A stretch of DNA of 64,000 bases from Monocercomonoides exilis PA203 (Eukaryota; Protista; Preaxostyla): assembly GCA_001643675.2 (NCBI GenBank), contig LSRY02000012.1, positions 868,001 through 932,000 on the forward strand. The letters are read 5' to 3'. A program made the position numbers and the translations under genes. Positions 38,019 through 51,154 of this stretch are shown piece after piece; position 1 is the stretch's first letter, and every line of letters starts with the position of its first letter. The notes below the pieces were generated by a model, which did no database searches, was not told where the DNA came from, and worked only from the letters and a program-made list of their open reading frames with translations.

Positions 38019-38582
38019 AATTCAAAAGCAATACTTTTATTAAAAATGAGTATAGTTAATGTTGAAATGCATGAAGAAAGCGAAAATTGTGGGCAAAAAC
38101 ACTTTCGGAAATAGTTACAAATATTCATTCTTTTTTTTAACCTTAATATTTCTGAAATGCATTGATTCATGTTTCATCATGTATATTGAATTTTTATATC
38201 ATCATAACAAAAATTATTACCTGTTATTTTCTTCATTCATATTAAAATGAATAATTTTTCTCTTATAAAAAAATATAATAATTCCGCCAAAATGGTTATC
38301 CTTTTTTCATCAAATGTTGAGTGGTTTGTTTTTAATATATTGTTTTTTCTGCAACATTTGATTGATTTCAACTATTTTGTGACATTTTTTGATGAAAAAG
38401 ACAATTCATAAAAAATTGTCTGATTCAAAAAATTGAAGGATTTTCATCTTCATTGCAAAATTTTTAGAAGAATGCTTGCTTGTTTGTTGTTTTGCCAACA
38501 TTTTGTTTAAATGATTTCTGAGACCAATTTTGTTTTGAAAACAATGTTGTTTGATCAAAATAACCTTAATCGTTTGCTATAT

Positions 38583-41500
38583 ATGTTTAAACTTTTTCAT
38601 GTTTTATGTTGCTTAAGTTTTGAATGGTTTATATCAAAAGTGACGAGCGATGCGAATTGTTATGTGGGGAAAGGAGAAAACGACCAGGAGGTTGAATATT
38701 ATGTTGACATATGTTCAAAAAAGGATTCATGCAAAATGTTTGATTGTCATGGTGTTAATTAACAATTTGAAACAACAGAAAAATCAATGGATCAATCAGA
38801 TGAAGGCTTTGATATGGCTGAGATGAAAACTGTTGATTTCGTGGAAATTGCAAATAATGATTCATTATTAGATGAGCCATTTTTTGAAAAGGAAAATAAA
38901 GAAATGAAAACTGATAGAGATTTTCATTTTGCTCTAATCAATAAATCTTCACGTTATGGCTCAATTGAAATGTATTTAGATGGAGCAAATGGTATTGATA
39001 ATGATAAATGCGGTAAACTGAAAAGTACACCGTGCAAAACAATAAAAAAAATCGTTGAAAATGGTTATTCTGTGAGTAAGATTAAAATATATTCGGCTGA
39101 ATGTTGCAATGAATTTGATTCTGAGTCAATTTTAATTGAAGAATGTCGTGTTGCAATTGAAGGTCAAAGCGATAATATCGTTTGCATTACCACTGCTCTC
39201 GATGAGGAAAAGTCGCAGAGTGAAAAGGGATTATTTAATGTGATAAAAAATGGTTCTTTTTGGTTAACTTATGTCAATATAAGTGTGAATACAACGCGAA
39301 AAAGTGGACAAGATAATGGATTGATCGTTGGAGAAGATTCTGATTTCTTTTTTGAATTCGCAAGCATTTCTTCTACAGATTGTGATAAATCTTTGAACTG
39401 TATTTTGATGAAATGCAAAACTGGAAAACTTGAATTGATGGATGTTAGGATTTCGCATTTTAATTCATTCTTTGCATTGATATTAGCGGAATCTGAAACA
39501 TACATGCACTTGGATTCTTTTTATTTAGATACAATTACAACTAATTGCACAACACAATCAGTTGTAACGATTTTTGGAGTGAACATTCTGGAAATCGACG
39601 GTTCATATTTTAATAATTGTTTATCCTCAGGACACGAATATGGAGGAGCCATGCATTTGGAGAAAAGTGATGATGATGGTTATCTGATTTTTTCTAGGAC
39701 AACTTTCACAAATTGTTCATGCAAAAGTGAAAGTGTGAACAATAGCTCTATTTCTGCAATGATGAATAGGCTGCACAATAAAGAATCAATAGGTGGAGCG
39801 CTATTCTTGAGAGTCACTGACGAAGCAAAGGATCATTTTCAATTTGAATTGAAGGACATAACATTTTCAAGTTGTTATGCCGATAAAGGAAAATATGTTT
39901 TTTTATCTTTGCCAATTGGAAGAGAGCAGATTAGCATTGATCAGTTTGAATTTGATATGGAAGGGATTTATAGAAAGCCATTTTTCATGCTTTTAGAAGA
40001 AAGGGAAAAGTGCGTTATTATTGATTTTTATGTGATGAAACGATTAGACCTACATATCGGTCACGCAACATTTTCATACGTGAAGAAAAATCAACCAAAG
40101 AAAAAACATGTGGAGAGAGGAAAGAGCCATGCGATTCGATTAACACTGCCATCAGTCATAGCATTTTACAAGGAATTTGAAGATAATTGTCATTGGAACT
40201 TATTTTGTGAATGAGACATTTAACTTCAAGCAAGCTGTTGCTTTTTTATCAGAATCTGATGCGTCACCAATTATATCTTCGTTTGGGTCATCTCTTTCTG
40301 AAATTGAAACAGAACGAGGGACTATTCATGTTGGATCGAAAATAAAAAAAAGGCAATTCAAAAGCAGTGTTTGAGTCAGTGGTTCAAGTTCTTGAATTTC
40401 AGCACATAATCATTGAATATCCTGATGCTGTCGAAGGAGATGCACTGGATTTGATACAAGGGAAGCGTGGCTTGTCTTTCAGCGATGTTGTGTTCAGACC
40501 CTGGTTTACTGGGCTCAAAGGGGAAAATGTGCTTGGTGGTGAAGGAAACTCACTGCCATATAAGCTAATTGTGGCTGATGGTTTGTTTTTGGATTTATCA
40601 CAAGTGGCTGTTTATGGTAGAAATGGAAACAAAACAGTAGGAAATTATGATGACTATTGCGAAAGGAAAACGAATTCATATCAATTCAGAAAAGAAAATG
40701 CAAATTATCAAAATAAAAAAGAGTTTAATGATGAAAACGATCCATTGTGTTCATGGGAATCCGGATTAATATATATGAGTGATTTATGGAGTTCAGACAT
40801 AAGCGATAGCTCATTTGTGAACATCAGCGATGGTGCAATTTTCACAGACTCATCAGAATTGAAATTGAACAACTGAAGTTTTGTGAATAATCATCCCATA
40901 AGCGAGAATTGGAAGAAATTCCCTTCAATGCGCCACAATATCCGCCATTATGGATTTTTCGATACAGCTAATATTTTTATTAGCTCTTTGGCACCAGAGA
41001 GCGATGGATTAAATGGGAAGCCGTTTGGAATGCTTGCCCAGATTAAACCAAAAGGAGTTATGGAAAATTTGGAATCCACATTCTTTGTACCTGTTTTGAA
41101 GAATGTTACTTTGAACAAGGAAGATAAAAAAGGAATGAAGATCTTTAAAGCGAAAGAAAACGATGGCAAAACAATTACGCAACTGTTAGTGGATCTAACC
41201 TTTTTCCTTGTGGTCTTGCTTTTGAGGTGTTGAAGGAAAGAGCCTGTGAAGAGACAAGATGGACAGAATGTTCAATTTCTGAATTTGTGAACGAAACAGA
41301 AACGAATGTCAAAATTCCCAATTCGATAATTGATGATGAATACGCATCAGTTATTTGCAGGTTATCATTTCTGAGCGGATTGGAAAAAAAGGAAAAGAAA
41401 TATACAGATAATATGATTTTGAAAAAGCAAAATAAAAAAGATCCCAAACGAAATGACACTGTTGATAATGTTGATGTTCCAAAGAAATTAACAACAGCAC

Positions 41501-41634
41501 AGTTGGTAATAATCATTGTATCCGTAATTGTATTTGTTGTTGCGGTTGTGATGGTTGTGGAAATAATTGCGATATGCACAGTGAAAAAAAATAAGCGAAG
41601 CATATTCGCAGCAATGAATGAAAGGGAACAGTAA
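38583..41634 (+). pseudogene. Decayed type I membrane surface protein (PMP/pectin-lyase-like repeat family)
   Basis: Signal-like N-terminus, CGKLKSTPCKTI, repeated GGAM/GGAL and FxNC motifs, LCSWESG, LFPCGLAFEV, C-terminal TM. In-frame TAA 38760 and TGA 40874 plus about 3 frameshifts. Confidence 0.75.
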
Positions 41635-42547
41635 AAAAAATTGTTATTTAATTTTTGAAATTATATGAAAATAAGAAAAGAATATTCAAGAATGTGTCAT
41701 AAGAGAGTAATTCTTACTATATCATCACATTAATTGAATGATGAAGCAAACTCAATTGTTGGAGAGCTTTTAAAAGAGTTATTTTTTTATTTTTTGTTAT
41801 TTATTTGTTATTTTATATATGCATATGTTTTTTTTCTGATGAGAAGATCTTAATAAAAAATTATTCTTTCCAAAAGAGATGAAAATTTTGATGTGATAGT
41901 TTTGTTTATTTTTTATTTTATTTTTCATTCAATTAAATATTATTTTTTTATTGTCCCTTTGAAACGATTTTTTGAGAAATTTATTGATTTTGTTAAAAGA
42001 AATTATTTGAGGATGTTTGATTTAAATTTTGTTCTTTTGTGATATTATTCTTCCTTTTTTCGAAATCAATCGTTCATCATCTATTAATCATGATTTTTGA
42101 ATTTTTTCTTTTATTTTATTTGTGCAATCCCGAAAAAAGGAAACGCATTCATCCCTTATTGTAAGTAAATGATGCAAATCTTTACACTTTTAACTTTGAA
42201 TATTATTGTACACATTATTAAATCAAAGTGAAATACATGACAAAACATCTCAGAACTTCATTTTTTTCCAACAAAATATTAAAAAAATCTTTTGTTCCTT
42301 AAAAGATGATGAAGTTCATGAACTTTTTCGTGAGGTGGTTTTGTTGAATAGCCCGCTGCTTTTAAAATTATATAATTTCATTGATAACAATAAAAGTTTT
42401 TTCTCAAAAAATCGGAAACTCATTCAATTTGAAAATGAATTTATAACGATTTAACAATAATAATTTTTGTAATAAAAAATGAGGTTGTGAAAAATTATTT
42501 CTCATTCCATGTTATTGTAACATTTTTCCCTTTGATTTGAAACACTA

Positions 42548-43525
42548 CACCAAAAATAATTCTAAGTCGAAAAACTTTCAATCAAAATCGAAAAACTTTC
42601 AACCAAAGTCGAAAAACTTTCAAACGAAATCGAAAATTATTATTCAAAGTTGGAAAACTTTCATTCAAAGTCGAAAGTTATCATTCGAAGTCGAAAAAGT
42701 TGCAAACGAAATCGAAAAACTTTCAATCGAAATCGAAAAACTTTCAAACAAAGTCGAAAATTTCACAAAAAAAATAAACGTTAAATGAAAAGTGTTCCAC
42801 AAAAGATGAAAATATTCTTTTGTTTTTGGAAATATTATCAACTATGTTTTTGTTGTCGATTTCTGCAAAATATGAAGATTTCAAACCAAAATTAATTCAA
42901 AAATCAACTCAAAACACATCTTAGAACATTTGTTTCCTTCAATAAGAAATGAGTCGTTTGTGATGAAAAAACATTAAATAAAAGAGTCAATAATGTGTTC
43001 TTTATTCTGCATTAAATAGGAAAAAAATAAAAATTTTCTAAAGTAAATTTTCTGTGAAGAAGAGTGCTTTCAACTGAAATGAGATAAAAATATGTCAGAA
43101 TTTCTCTCATAATTTTAAATTCGTAATTGGTCAAAAGAAAGCAAAGAAAAACACCTGAAAAAAGATAAAAAGTCACTAAAATAACAAATATTATTGTTAT
43201 TTTAACTATAACAATGTTTTTTAGACTATTATTAATTTTTGTAACTTTTTAAAAATTTGAAGTTTTTCGAGCTTTCGACTTTGCTTGAAAGTTTTCCGAC
43301 TTTGTTTGAAAGTTTTTCGATTTCGATTGAAAGTTTTTCGATTTCGTTTGCAACTTTTTCGACTTTGAATAATAATTTTCGACTTTGAATGAAACTTTTT
43401 CGACTTCGAATGAAAACTTTCGACTTTGAATGAAAGTTTTCCAACTTTGAATAATAATTTTCGATTTCGTTTGAAAGTTTTTCGACTTTGGTTGAAAGTT
43501 TTTCGATTTTGAATAATTTTTGGTG
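42548..43525. mobile_element. Non-autonomous DNA element with CAC termini, TA duplication and inverted arrays of 20-21-bp subterminal repeats
   Basis: TA|CACCAAAAA...TTTTTGGTG|TA. About 10 units (left) and 12 units (right, inverted) of AARTCGAAAAACTTTCAAHCR. Confidence 0.85.
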
Positions 43526-44984
43526 TATATTCTTTCAAAAAAATCGTTTCTTGCAATAAAAAATCACAAATTTTTCTTTTTAAATGTGACAAAATTCTAT
43601 TTATTCACACACAAAATTTCTTTTAGAGAAGTGTTCCGATGCGAACAGTGATAAAGTGTGATTTTTATTCCTTTTTTTGTTAAAAAGAAATACAGACAAA
43701 TAAAAAATATTATCTGTCATTGTTTTTTCGAAAATGAATAATACATGAAATGGAAAATAAATATTATTGAAAAAAAAACATTATCTGCAAGATCTGTAAT
43801 TTTTCATAATAATTCTGCATTCTCCGATCCTGCTTCACAATTTGATATTCCATTCTCATTCAAAACAGGATATAATCACATCCAATACAAATGCATTCAT
43901 TAATAGTCACATTTTTCTATGTACTATATTTTTTTTGTTATTATTCATTCATAATCAATAGAATATAATAACTGTGTTAAATAAAAATAATAAGAATTTA
44001 TTTCTTAATGTGTGATTGTTTATATAAAAACGGAACATTTAGAAAAAAAAATATTCTCTATTTAGATTTTTCAGGGACATGTTTAAAAAAATTAAAATAA
44101 TATTTCATTATGATATTAAAATATTTAATTCTCCAAAAATTAATATTCATTAAGAATTTCCGAAAAATTAACAATTAATCCAAAATAAAGAAATGAATTA
44201 ATTAATTTTCATTTTGTTCTGTACAAAGCGATATCGCATTTTATCACAATTTTATAATGTCACAAAAAGTTATGCAAAACAAATTGTTATCGAATCCGGA
44301 AAAGACAGGATCAAATTTATAATTATGTCAATCAAGCTTCTAACCAGTATTTTTTTTTTTTTTGGAAATGTCAGTTGAGAAAATTTTTTGAAACAAAATG
44401 TTATTGACCATCGCTGACATTCACTGATAAAAATAAAAATAAAGGAAATTTGAGATGTGTGGGAAAATTCGGAAAAACAAGCTTTTTCTTGCACAAATCA
44501 TCACAAAATTGTTACACTCATAAATTTGTTTAATTTTCCCAGATTTCAAAATAAATTGTGTTACCATACAAGAAAACATGCATCAATGATATCATAATGT
44601 TATGTTTTGCGTTATCACATGCATTTCAAAAAGTTTATCATTTTTATTCAAACTTTTTTTGATCACCAAAAATCTTTCAACAATTCATTATTATTATTTT
44701 TTTTTTGAAAAAGCCCGAAGTACCATATTAAGCCCAATATTTAAAAATTGATCTTATTATTCACATAACAATAAATCGCATTAAAGAAAAATATCGGTTT
44801 TTTTTTCAAAAACATTAATAGAAAAAATATTTTTTTGCTTGCTTTAGCTTTGGAAATTGAAAATAATTATTACATCTTCATTTATAAAAACAATTATTGA
44901 AATTTCACATCTATAAAAAGATGAAATGTTAATGAATCTCAAAAAGTGTACCATAACTAATTATTCATTAATAACTTGTTTCAA

Positions 44985-46716
44985 ATGAGTGAAAAAGACA
45001 AACAGAAGCAAGATAAAACAAAAGAAAAATATACGCCAAATGCATCTTTGGGTTCAGCAGTTATCAGTTTGGTGAATTCAACTCTTGGAGCTGGAATGCT
45101 TGGAATTCCGTTGGCTTACGCAAAAGCTGGAGTGTTTCCTGCAATAGTGATGCATATCGTAATGGCTTTGATGTCTTTTTTTTCATTTCATTTTTTGATT
45201 GAGGTTGCAGATGCTCTTCAGCAATATTCCCTTGGAGAAGTTTGAATATTTATAATTGTTTTAAATTTCATGGAGAATCATAAATTAGCTTTCTGAAACT
45301 TTATTTGGAGTTATAGGTGTTGTGGTCATAGAATTTTGTAATGCTATTTATGGATTCGGTTCATTATGGGCATATATGATTTTGATAACAGATTTTCTTA
45401 CATCAATGCTTCGTGGATTGGGCATTCCATCCGAACACCCATGCGTGCAAAATTGGTTCATTGCCATACTTGTTGCTTTTTTTGTGTTGCAACCACTTTC
45501 ATGGATGAGAAAATTGGATTCTCTTCGATTTACTTCTTTTTTTGGTACAATTTCAATGGCAATATGTGTTGCTGTTGTTATTTTCCGATTCTTCAGTCCA
45601 TTTGACAAAGATTTTCATCCAGATCCACCACTATTTGCGCGTCCTACTCCTGCAATGATACAAACATTTTCTACACTGACATTTGCATTTGGTTGTCAAC
45701 AAAACATTCCAATTATACAAGGAGAAATTAAAAAAAGAAGCCGAAAAACAATGTACATTGTATCTGTATTTTCAATATCAACAGTTGGGATATTTTATAT
45801 GATTGCAGGATTGTTTGGCTATTTTTCATTTACAACTCTATTTTATACTGATCCTCATGCAGGAAACATCCTTGAAATGTTTGATGATAAAGATATTGGT
45901 GCAGTTGTTGCAAGAATTTGCTCGTTAATCACTGTTCTCTTTTGCTTCCCTATGAATTCTTTGCCAACACGTCTTGCAATCTACAATATAGTTGTGGGAA
46001 TGAAACATCATTTTTCGAGGAAAGGCTATACGCCTTTAAAGGAAGCAAACAAATCTTTCGCACGCCCTGAATTAGTGAACGTAAAGGGACAAGAAGTGAA
46101 ATTAGACGTGAAAAATTATAGCGGAGAATCACAAACATTGAAAGAAAATGAGGGAATGGATGAGGAATCACCAGAATCCGAAGATAGTACGGAAACATTG
46201 CCACTTCGCCGCTCTTTTATATCTTCAACTGTGTCTATGGAAAACATGTCAGAGGCATCAGATCCTGTTCCTTCAAAGAAAGTTCTATGCACAACACTAT
46301 CTGTTATTGTCTCGTGTGCTGTTGGCTCAACACTTGTACTTATTGTGATGGTCCTTTCAATCTTCCTTAATAAAGTCAACTTTGTATTTGATATTGTTGG
46401 ATCGACAGCAGGCGTGGCAATCGCCTTTATCGTTCCACCAGTTTTGTATCTCAGGCTAAAGAAGAACCCACGAAGATACATCAAGCGCCACCGCTTCACC
46501 GATCCTCGCTTCCCGGAAATGGGAGAGGAAAACAAGAAGCGTTTGGAAGAGCTTTTTGAGGAGTCCAAAAATAGCGGGAAAACAGGAAAATTTCACATCA
46601 CTCCCGGCCGTGTGATGGCCTATGTGACTATTGCTTTTGGCTTAATATGCGGCTTGTTTTCTCTTTCTATGGCTATAATATTTGATACAGACATTTCAAA
46701 ACACGTCAACTGGTGA
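44985..46716 (+). CDS. Amino acid transporter (AAAP/Aa_trans, SLC38/AVT-like)
   Basis: SLVNSTLGAGMLGIPLAYAKAG, FAFGCQQNI, IAGLFGYFSF, many TM helices. Intron 45240-45288. Confidence 0.92.
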
Positions 46717-47093
46717 TCTGTTTTTGTTTTTATTCGTAGAGTGTTTATAATTTTTGTTCTTAAAATTTATAGAATTTTTGTTTCTGTTCACATTCCTTCA
46801 ATTTTCTCTCCTTCATTTATTTTAGTTGAATGCACCACCTTGTTTTTTTTTTTTTGTTTTTTACTAATTTGCAATTGTTTACATTACATTCTTTTAGTGA
46901 TTCAACTTTTTTGGTGTCTTTATTCTGAGATTTCCTTCGTTTTCTGAAACGAAGCTCAATTGCATTTTGATTTTCAACAAAAGATTTTTTTGACAAGGCA
47001 AAGTCAAACCCATTGTGAATGACCAAAAAAAAGAAAACAAGAAAGATAAAAGACTTCTGAGACAAACACAAAAGATGTTAAGATAAATAATTA

Positions 47094-48334
47094 TTAATAA
47101 GTCGATGCAGCAGAACGACGAGAAACAGCAGAAGAAGAATGGAAAGATTGGGTGCTTCTCATAGTTCGTGATGGAGTCGACCGCTGCGGAGTCGCTGTTG
47201 AGCGACTTGTGGACGACAGAGATCCAGACACAGCAGGAGACATTGAACCAGTTCTTGTACCAGTTTTATTCATTGAAGATGAAGGGCGGAAGGGAGATGA
47301 AATGAATTTTCCGGCCTCCTTGCTTTTTCTCATCGTCTCACCATGCTGAAATTCATTCGCCTGTGCCTTTTGCTCGGCTCTCAATTCTCTAAGCAAATTT
47401 CTATATCGCTGCTCCAATCTTCATTTTATTGTTAAAAATAATTTGAAATTTGAAAGAATAAAATTATCAGAAAATATTATCAAGAAAATTGAAAAAAAAA
47501 ACAATCGAAAAATATTGTGTACCTTGCTGAATCATTCCCTCTTTGTATGCATTTTTCCTTTCTTTCTCTATCTATTCTTTTTAATAAATTACTCATCTCT
47601 GAACTTTGTTGTGCTTTAAGCTGCTGTTTTAAACTATTTTTCCTTGTTGCCTCTTCTTTTTCAAGGCGAACCTTTTCTTGTTCCTCCTAAAAAAGTTACA
47701 AAAATTAAAAGATTTCGTGAGAAAAAAGGGATTGCAAGACATACAAGTGCATCCGCAGCCGCTTGAGCCTTCAAAGCTTCTTGGAATCTTTAAAAATAAA
47801 AAATCAAACAATAACATTTTAACATTAAATAAAAATTCAATTCATTATTGCATGCTTTTTCAACTTGGCGAGTTGCTTTTCTGTGGCTCTAAGTGAAACC
47901 AGCTCGGGAGAAGGCTTCAATTGAGGAGGATCAGCAGAGGCGAAACTAAGCTCAAGTGCTTCATTTTGTTGTTGGTGAGTGTTCTATAAAAATCATAAAA
48001 ATGAGTTTATTTTAAAATAATATCAGACTTTGAGTTCTTCAATTTGTTTTGATGCATCATTTTCAAAATTTTTCATTTCTTCATCCCACTGATCTGCAAA
48101 TAACTTAACCTGTTCTTCATATGCATGATGCAATTCTTCTTCGTGCTCTCGCTGCTCTTCCTCAAGCGCAGTTTTTCGCTTTTCTGAAAGCCTTTTCTTC
48201 AAAGCTTCCAATTTTTTATTCTCTCTATCAGCTTCAGCGTATCTTCCTGTATCGCCAAGCTGTTCTACTAAATCTGTTAACTCTTTTACACGTTGTTCCA
48301 TTTCCTCTATTGTTGTCGGATCTCGAGACGACAT
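47094..48334 (-). CDS. Coiled-coil protein of a type common in flagellated eukaryotes (multi-exon)
   Basis: Exons give MSSRDP..GRYAEAD.., ..PQLKPSPELVSLRATEKQLAKLK|RFQEA.., and a Ser-rich tail. No confident family name. Confidence 0.7.
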
Positions 48335-48512
48335 TTCAATAAATTAATTTTTGAAAAAGGTTGTAATAGGGGGCTGTTCGATCAAAACATCAACAATAAA
48401 GAAATTTTTATGTAAATTATTTTATAAATTCAATATATTGATTACTGACTTTAACACATTTTGTTGTTTATTGAAGTTAAAAAAATTGGGTGTCCATTAA
48501 ACATTTTTAAGG

Positions 48513-48863
48513 ATGACACAATCCCAGAAGACTTTGTCACCTGGGCAACAGGATATTTTATCAGAAGAAAAAATTGACTATAAGATAGAAAGGGAGATTT
48601 ATTTGAGGTTTATTGAATTATCATTTTATCGATTTATTAAATTTATTAATTTTATTCTCTTAAGGAGTCATCCGGAATTATCTGATCTCATAAGATGCTT
48701 ATTTCAGGAATTAGTTGTGAAGAAGCCTGCAACAAAAGCTGATATCTTGCACTTTATTTGTGATTTTTTCCAACAATCTGATTTACAATATAAAGTGATG
48801 CTTTATGCAAAACAACGTGAATCCGATTTAACAGATTACGAGCAAATGATGGCAGGCGAATGA
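48513..48863 (+). CDS. RIIa-type dimerisation/docking domain protein (RIIAD1-like)
   Basis: LSPGQQDIL..KIDYKIEREIYLR|SHPELSDLIRCLFQELVVKKP..DILHFICDFF. Intron ~48608-48664. Confidence 0.7.
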   Translation: MTQSQKTLSPGQQDILSEEKIDYKIEREIYLRFIELSFYRFIKFINFILLRSHPELSDLIRCLFQELVVKKPATKADILHFICDFFQQSDLQYKVMLYAKQRESDLTDYEQMMAGE

Positions 48864-48937
48864 CAAATCAATTTTTTATTGTTATTATAATTTATTAATT
48901 CACACATCTTGTTTTATTCAGTTTTACACATCATTTC

Positions 48938-49084
48938 CTCAATGCGAAATATTCTCTTTTTTTCGTTATGCACAGATATTTAACGAAAGCTGATGCACTT
49001 AGTTGTATATTGAGAGATGAGCAATGTTTATCTTCGTTCGGAATCAGAAACACGCAACAATAAGAAATTACGAATTGCATATGA
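48938..49084 (+). ncRNA. Candidate box H/ACA snoRNA
   Basis: Hairpin 48938-49014, H box AGATGA 49015-49020, hairpin 49021-49078, then ATA (ACA variant) 49079-49081. 14-nt spacing from pocket 2 to the ATA box. Confidence 0.45.
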
Positions 49085-49169
49085 GATGATTCTTCGAATT
49101 AATATTCCCTGGTTTGTTATGAAGAAGTGAAAATTGAATCAAATTATGAAAAAAATTTCAAAATGGATT

Positions 49170-49627
49170 TTAATGTTGAGGGTAAAGCATGACGCGCACA
49201 GATGCGCCAAATGCTTTTGGTGGAATGTTATGTGTGAAGCGAGCACGAACAACACCACTGTTTCCGTGAGTTTTGACTATTTTCCCTCTAATGACTTTAA
49301 TTCCCTTTTTGTTTGATTTGCACTGAACAAATATCATGTGAATAAAAAAAGACACGTAAATTACTTTTTTTGATAACCAAATTTTGAAGTCAAACCTTTT
49401 TCACTTTATAAATGTAATACACTGTCTTTCCAAGATAATAGCGAGCTCCATGAGTTGATGTGCATCCTTGAACCTCGAGAAGAGAGATGTTTGGATGTTG
49501 TGTATGTTTTCCTCTAAGAAATCAATAAAAAGATTGTAAAATTGCGTAACAATCTCTAACAAGCAAAAGAAAAACAGAACCTTCTGAATCCTAAAATTTT
49601 TCCAGGGACGTGAAGTCTGCAGGGCAT
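49170..49627 (-). CDS. RPL35A: 60S ribosomal protein L35a (eL33), 3 exons
   Basis: [16 protein letters not shown]|..[22 protein letters not shown]..|..[34 protein letters not shown]. Confidence 0.97.
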
Positions 49628-49702
49628 TTTTAATAATCGAATGATCTTGATTTTCCACTTTTCAAAAAAGAAAAATATAAAATGGTTTTACTTAAAATTT
49701 AA
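49628..49702. promoter_or_regulatory. Putative compact bidirectional promoter (75 bp between divergent ATGs)
   Basis: RPL35A ATG at 49627 (-) and the next gene's ATG at 49703 (+), both in AAATG context. Confidence 0.5.
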
Positions 49703-51154
49703 ATGAGCTTTCCTTCACTTCAAGAATATAAAACAGCAAAAGAAAAGACAGAACCTATTGAAAGTTCTAAAAAAATTGTTTTTACAAACACAAGAACGAA
49801 CGGAAGTCTGAGCATTTATTTATTGAAAATAATAACACTTTTTTCAGGCCGACTTGATGAACTTGGGACAAAACTTAAAAATCTTAGGATTAAAATGCAA
49901 CGAGATAAAGAGGTAACACATTCATCTATAATTACAGAATTAAATATTTTCATTTAATGAATAATAGGAAACTGAACGAAGGTTTCAGGAGCGTCTCACT
50001 TCGATTGTTGAAGTTTGTAAGAGATATTTTAAATGAAAATGTTTTTAATATTTCTTATTTTATAGTCTTTAGAAGATGTTCAACAAACGTTGTACACTTC
50101 GAATGCTGATTTTAGACAACAATTGAGAGAATATGACATTCGAACAAAATCTGATATATTTTCTGATGAATCAATCCGCTTCGCAGAAAAATCTATAGAC
50201 GAGGTTGGAGAGAAAATACTACAAGATATTGATAACATGCAGCTCTCGAGAATTTCGAATCAATCAGCAATTAAAGATTCAATGCTTCAACAAATTGGGG
50301 ATTTGCAGTTTGCATAAATTTATAATGTTATAGTGCATTTCTCAAAATTAAACATGTACACACGAATATATTTCAGAACATTTTTAAGCGATGATGCAGA
50401 TTCTACAATAGTTACACCATTGTCAATTACGAAAGATTTAGAGGATTTGGTGAATGAAGTATATTTTGAAATGAAAGCTGCTAAAGACAGAAACAAGGAA
50501 ATATGTGTGCATTACTTGATTGCGAGTTATGTTTGAAGAATTCTTTTCAATATTAAAATCGTTTTATTAGTGGAGGAGAAAGAAACAGCACACAAAAATG
50601 AGTTAGCAAAATTAAGAGACTCACTCGAAAACGAAATAAAGGTGTTTTTTTATATCAATTAATAAAAATTTCAATATTTAACACTTGCTTTTTTCTGCAT
50701 GCAATAATATGTCATGCTTTTTTTTAAAATTTATTATTTCCACTTTGAAAATCGACCACAACCACAAAACAGGAAAGAAAATCGCATCAAAAAGAACTTG
50801 ACGATATGATTGTCCATATTGGCATTTCATTCAATTCATTATTGGAGGCATGAATTTTATTACGAATTTTATTTTGATTTTACAATTTGAATTGATTATT
50901 TATAAATTTTAATTGGTTTTATCATTGCATTTCTTTATGTTCTTTTTAGAAACACAAAGAAGAAAGAAATAAGACAGAGGTTACGTTGGTAAAAGTTTGC
51001 TCAATTTATTTATTTCCACATTTCAAAGAGAATCTGCCAAATTTGTTGTAAACCCTTCTTTTTAAATTTGACTATTTATTTTCTTCTTTTTTTTTTCCAC
51101 CAAAAGTTTATGGAAGATACTTGCCTGAAAGTGGAAGAATGTTTGCAGACTTGA
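49703..51154 (+). CDS. SF-assemblin/beta-giardin-like coiled-coil protein (many short exons)
   Basis: Coiled-coil exons ending ..SLENEIK|ERKSHQKE..|KHKEERNKTEVTLVK|FMEDTCLKV, resembling striated-fibre-assemblin-like C-termini. Confidence 0.5.

Noticed and set aside
40874-40876. In-frame TGA at a likely Cys position (possible selenocysteine)
   Set aside because: The same gene has a TAA and frameshifts, no SECIS was recognised, and a single substitution explains it.
42560-43510. Regularly spaced short repeats resembling a CRISPR array
   Set aside because: Units abut with no unique spacers, form two mirrored arms of a TIR element, have no cas genes nearby, and lie in a eukaryotic context.
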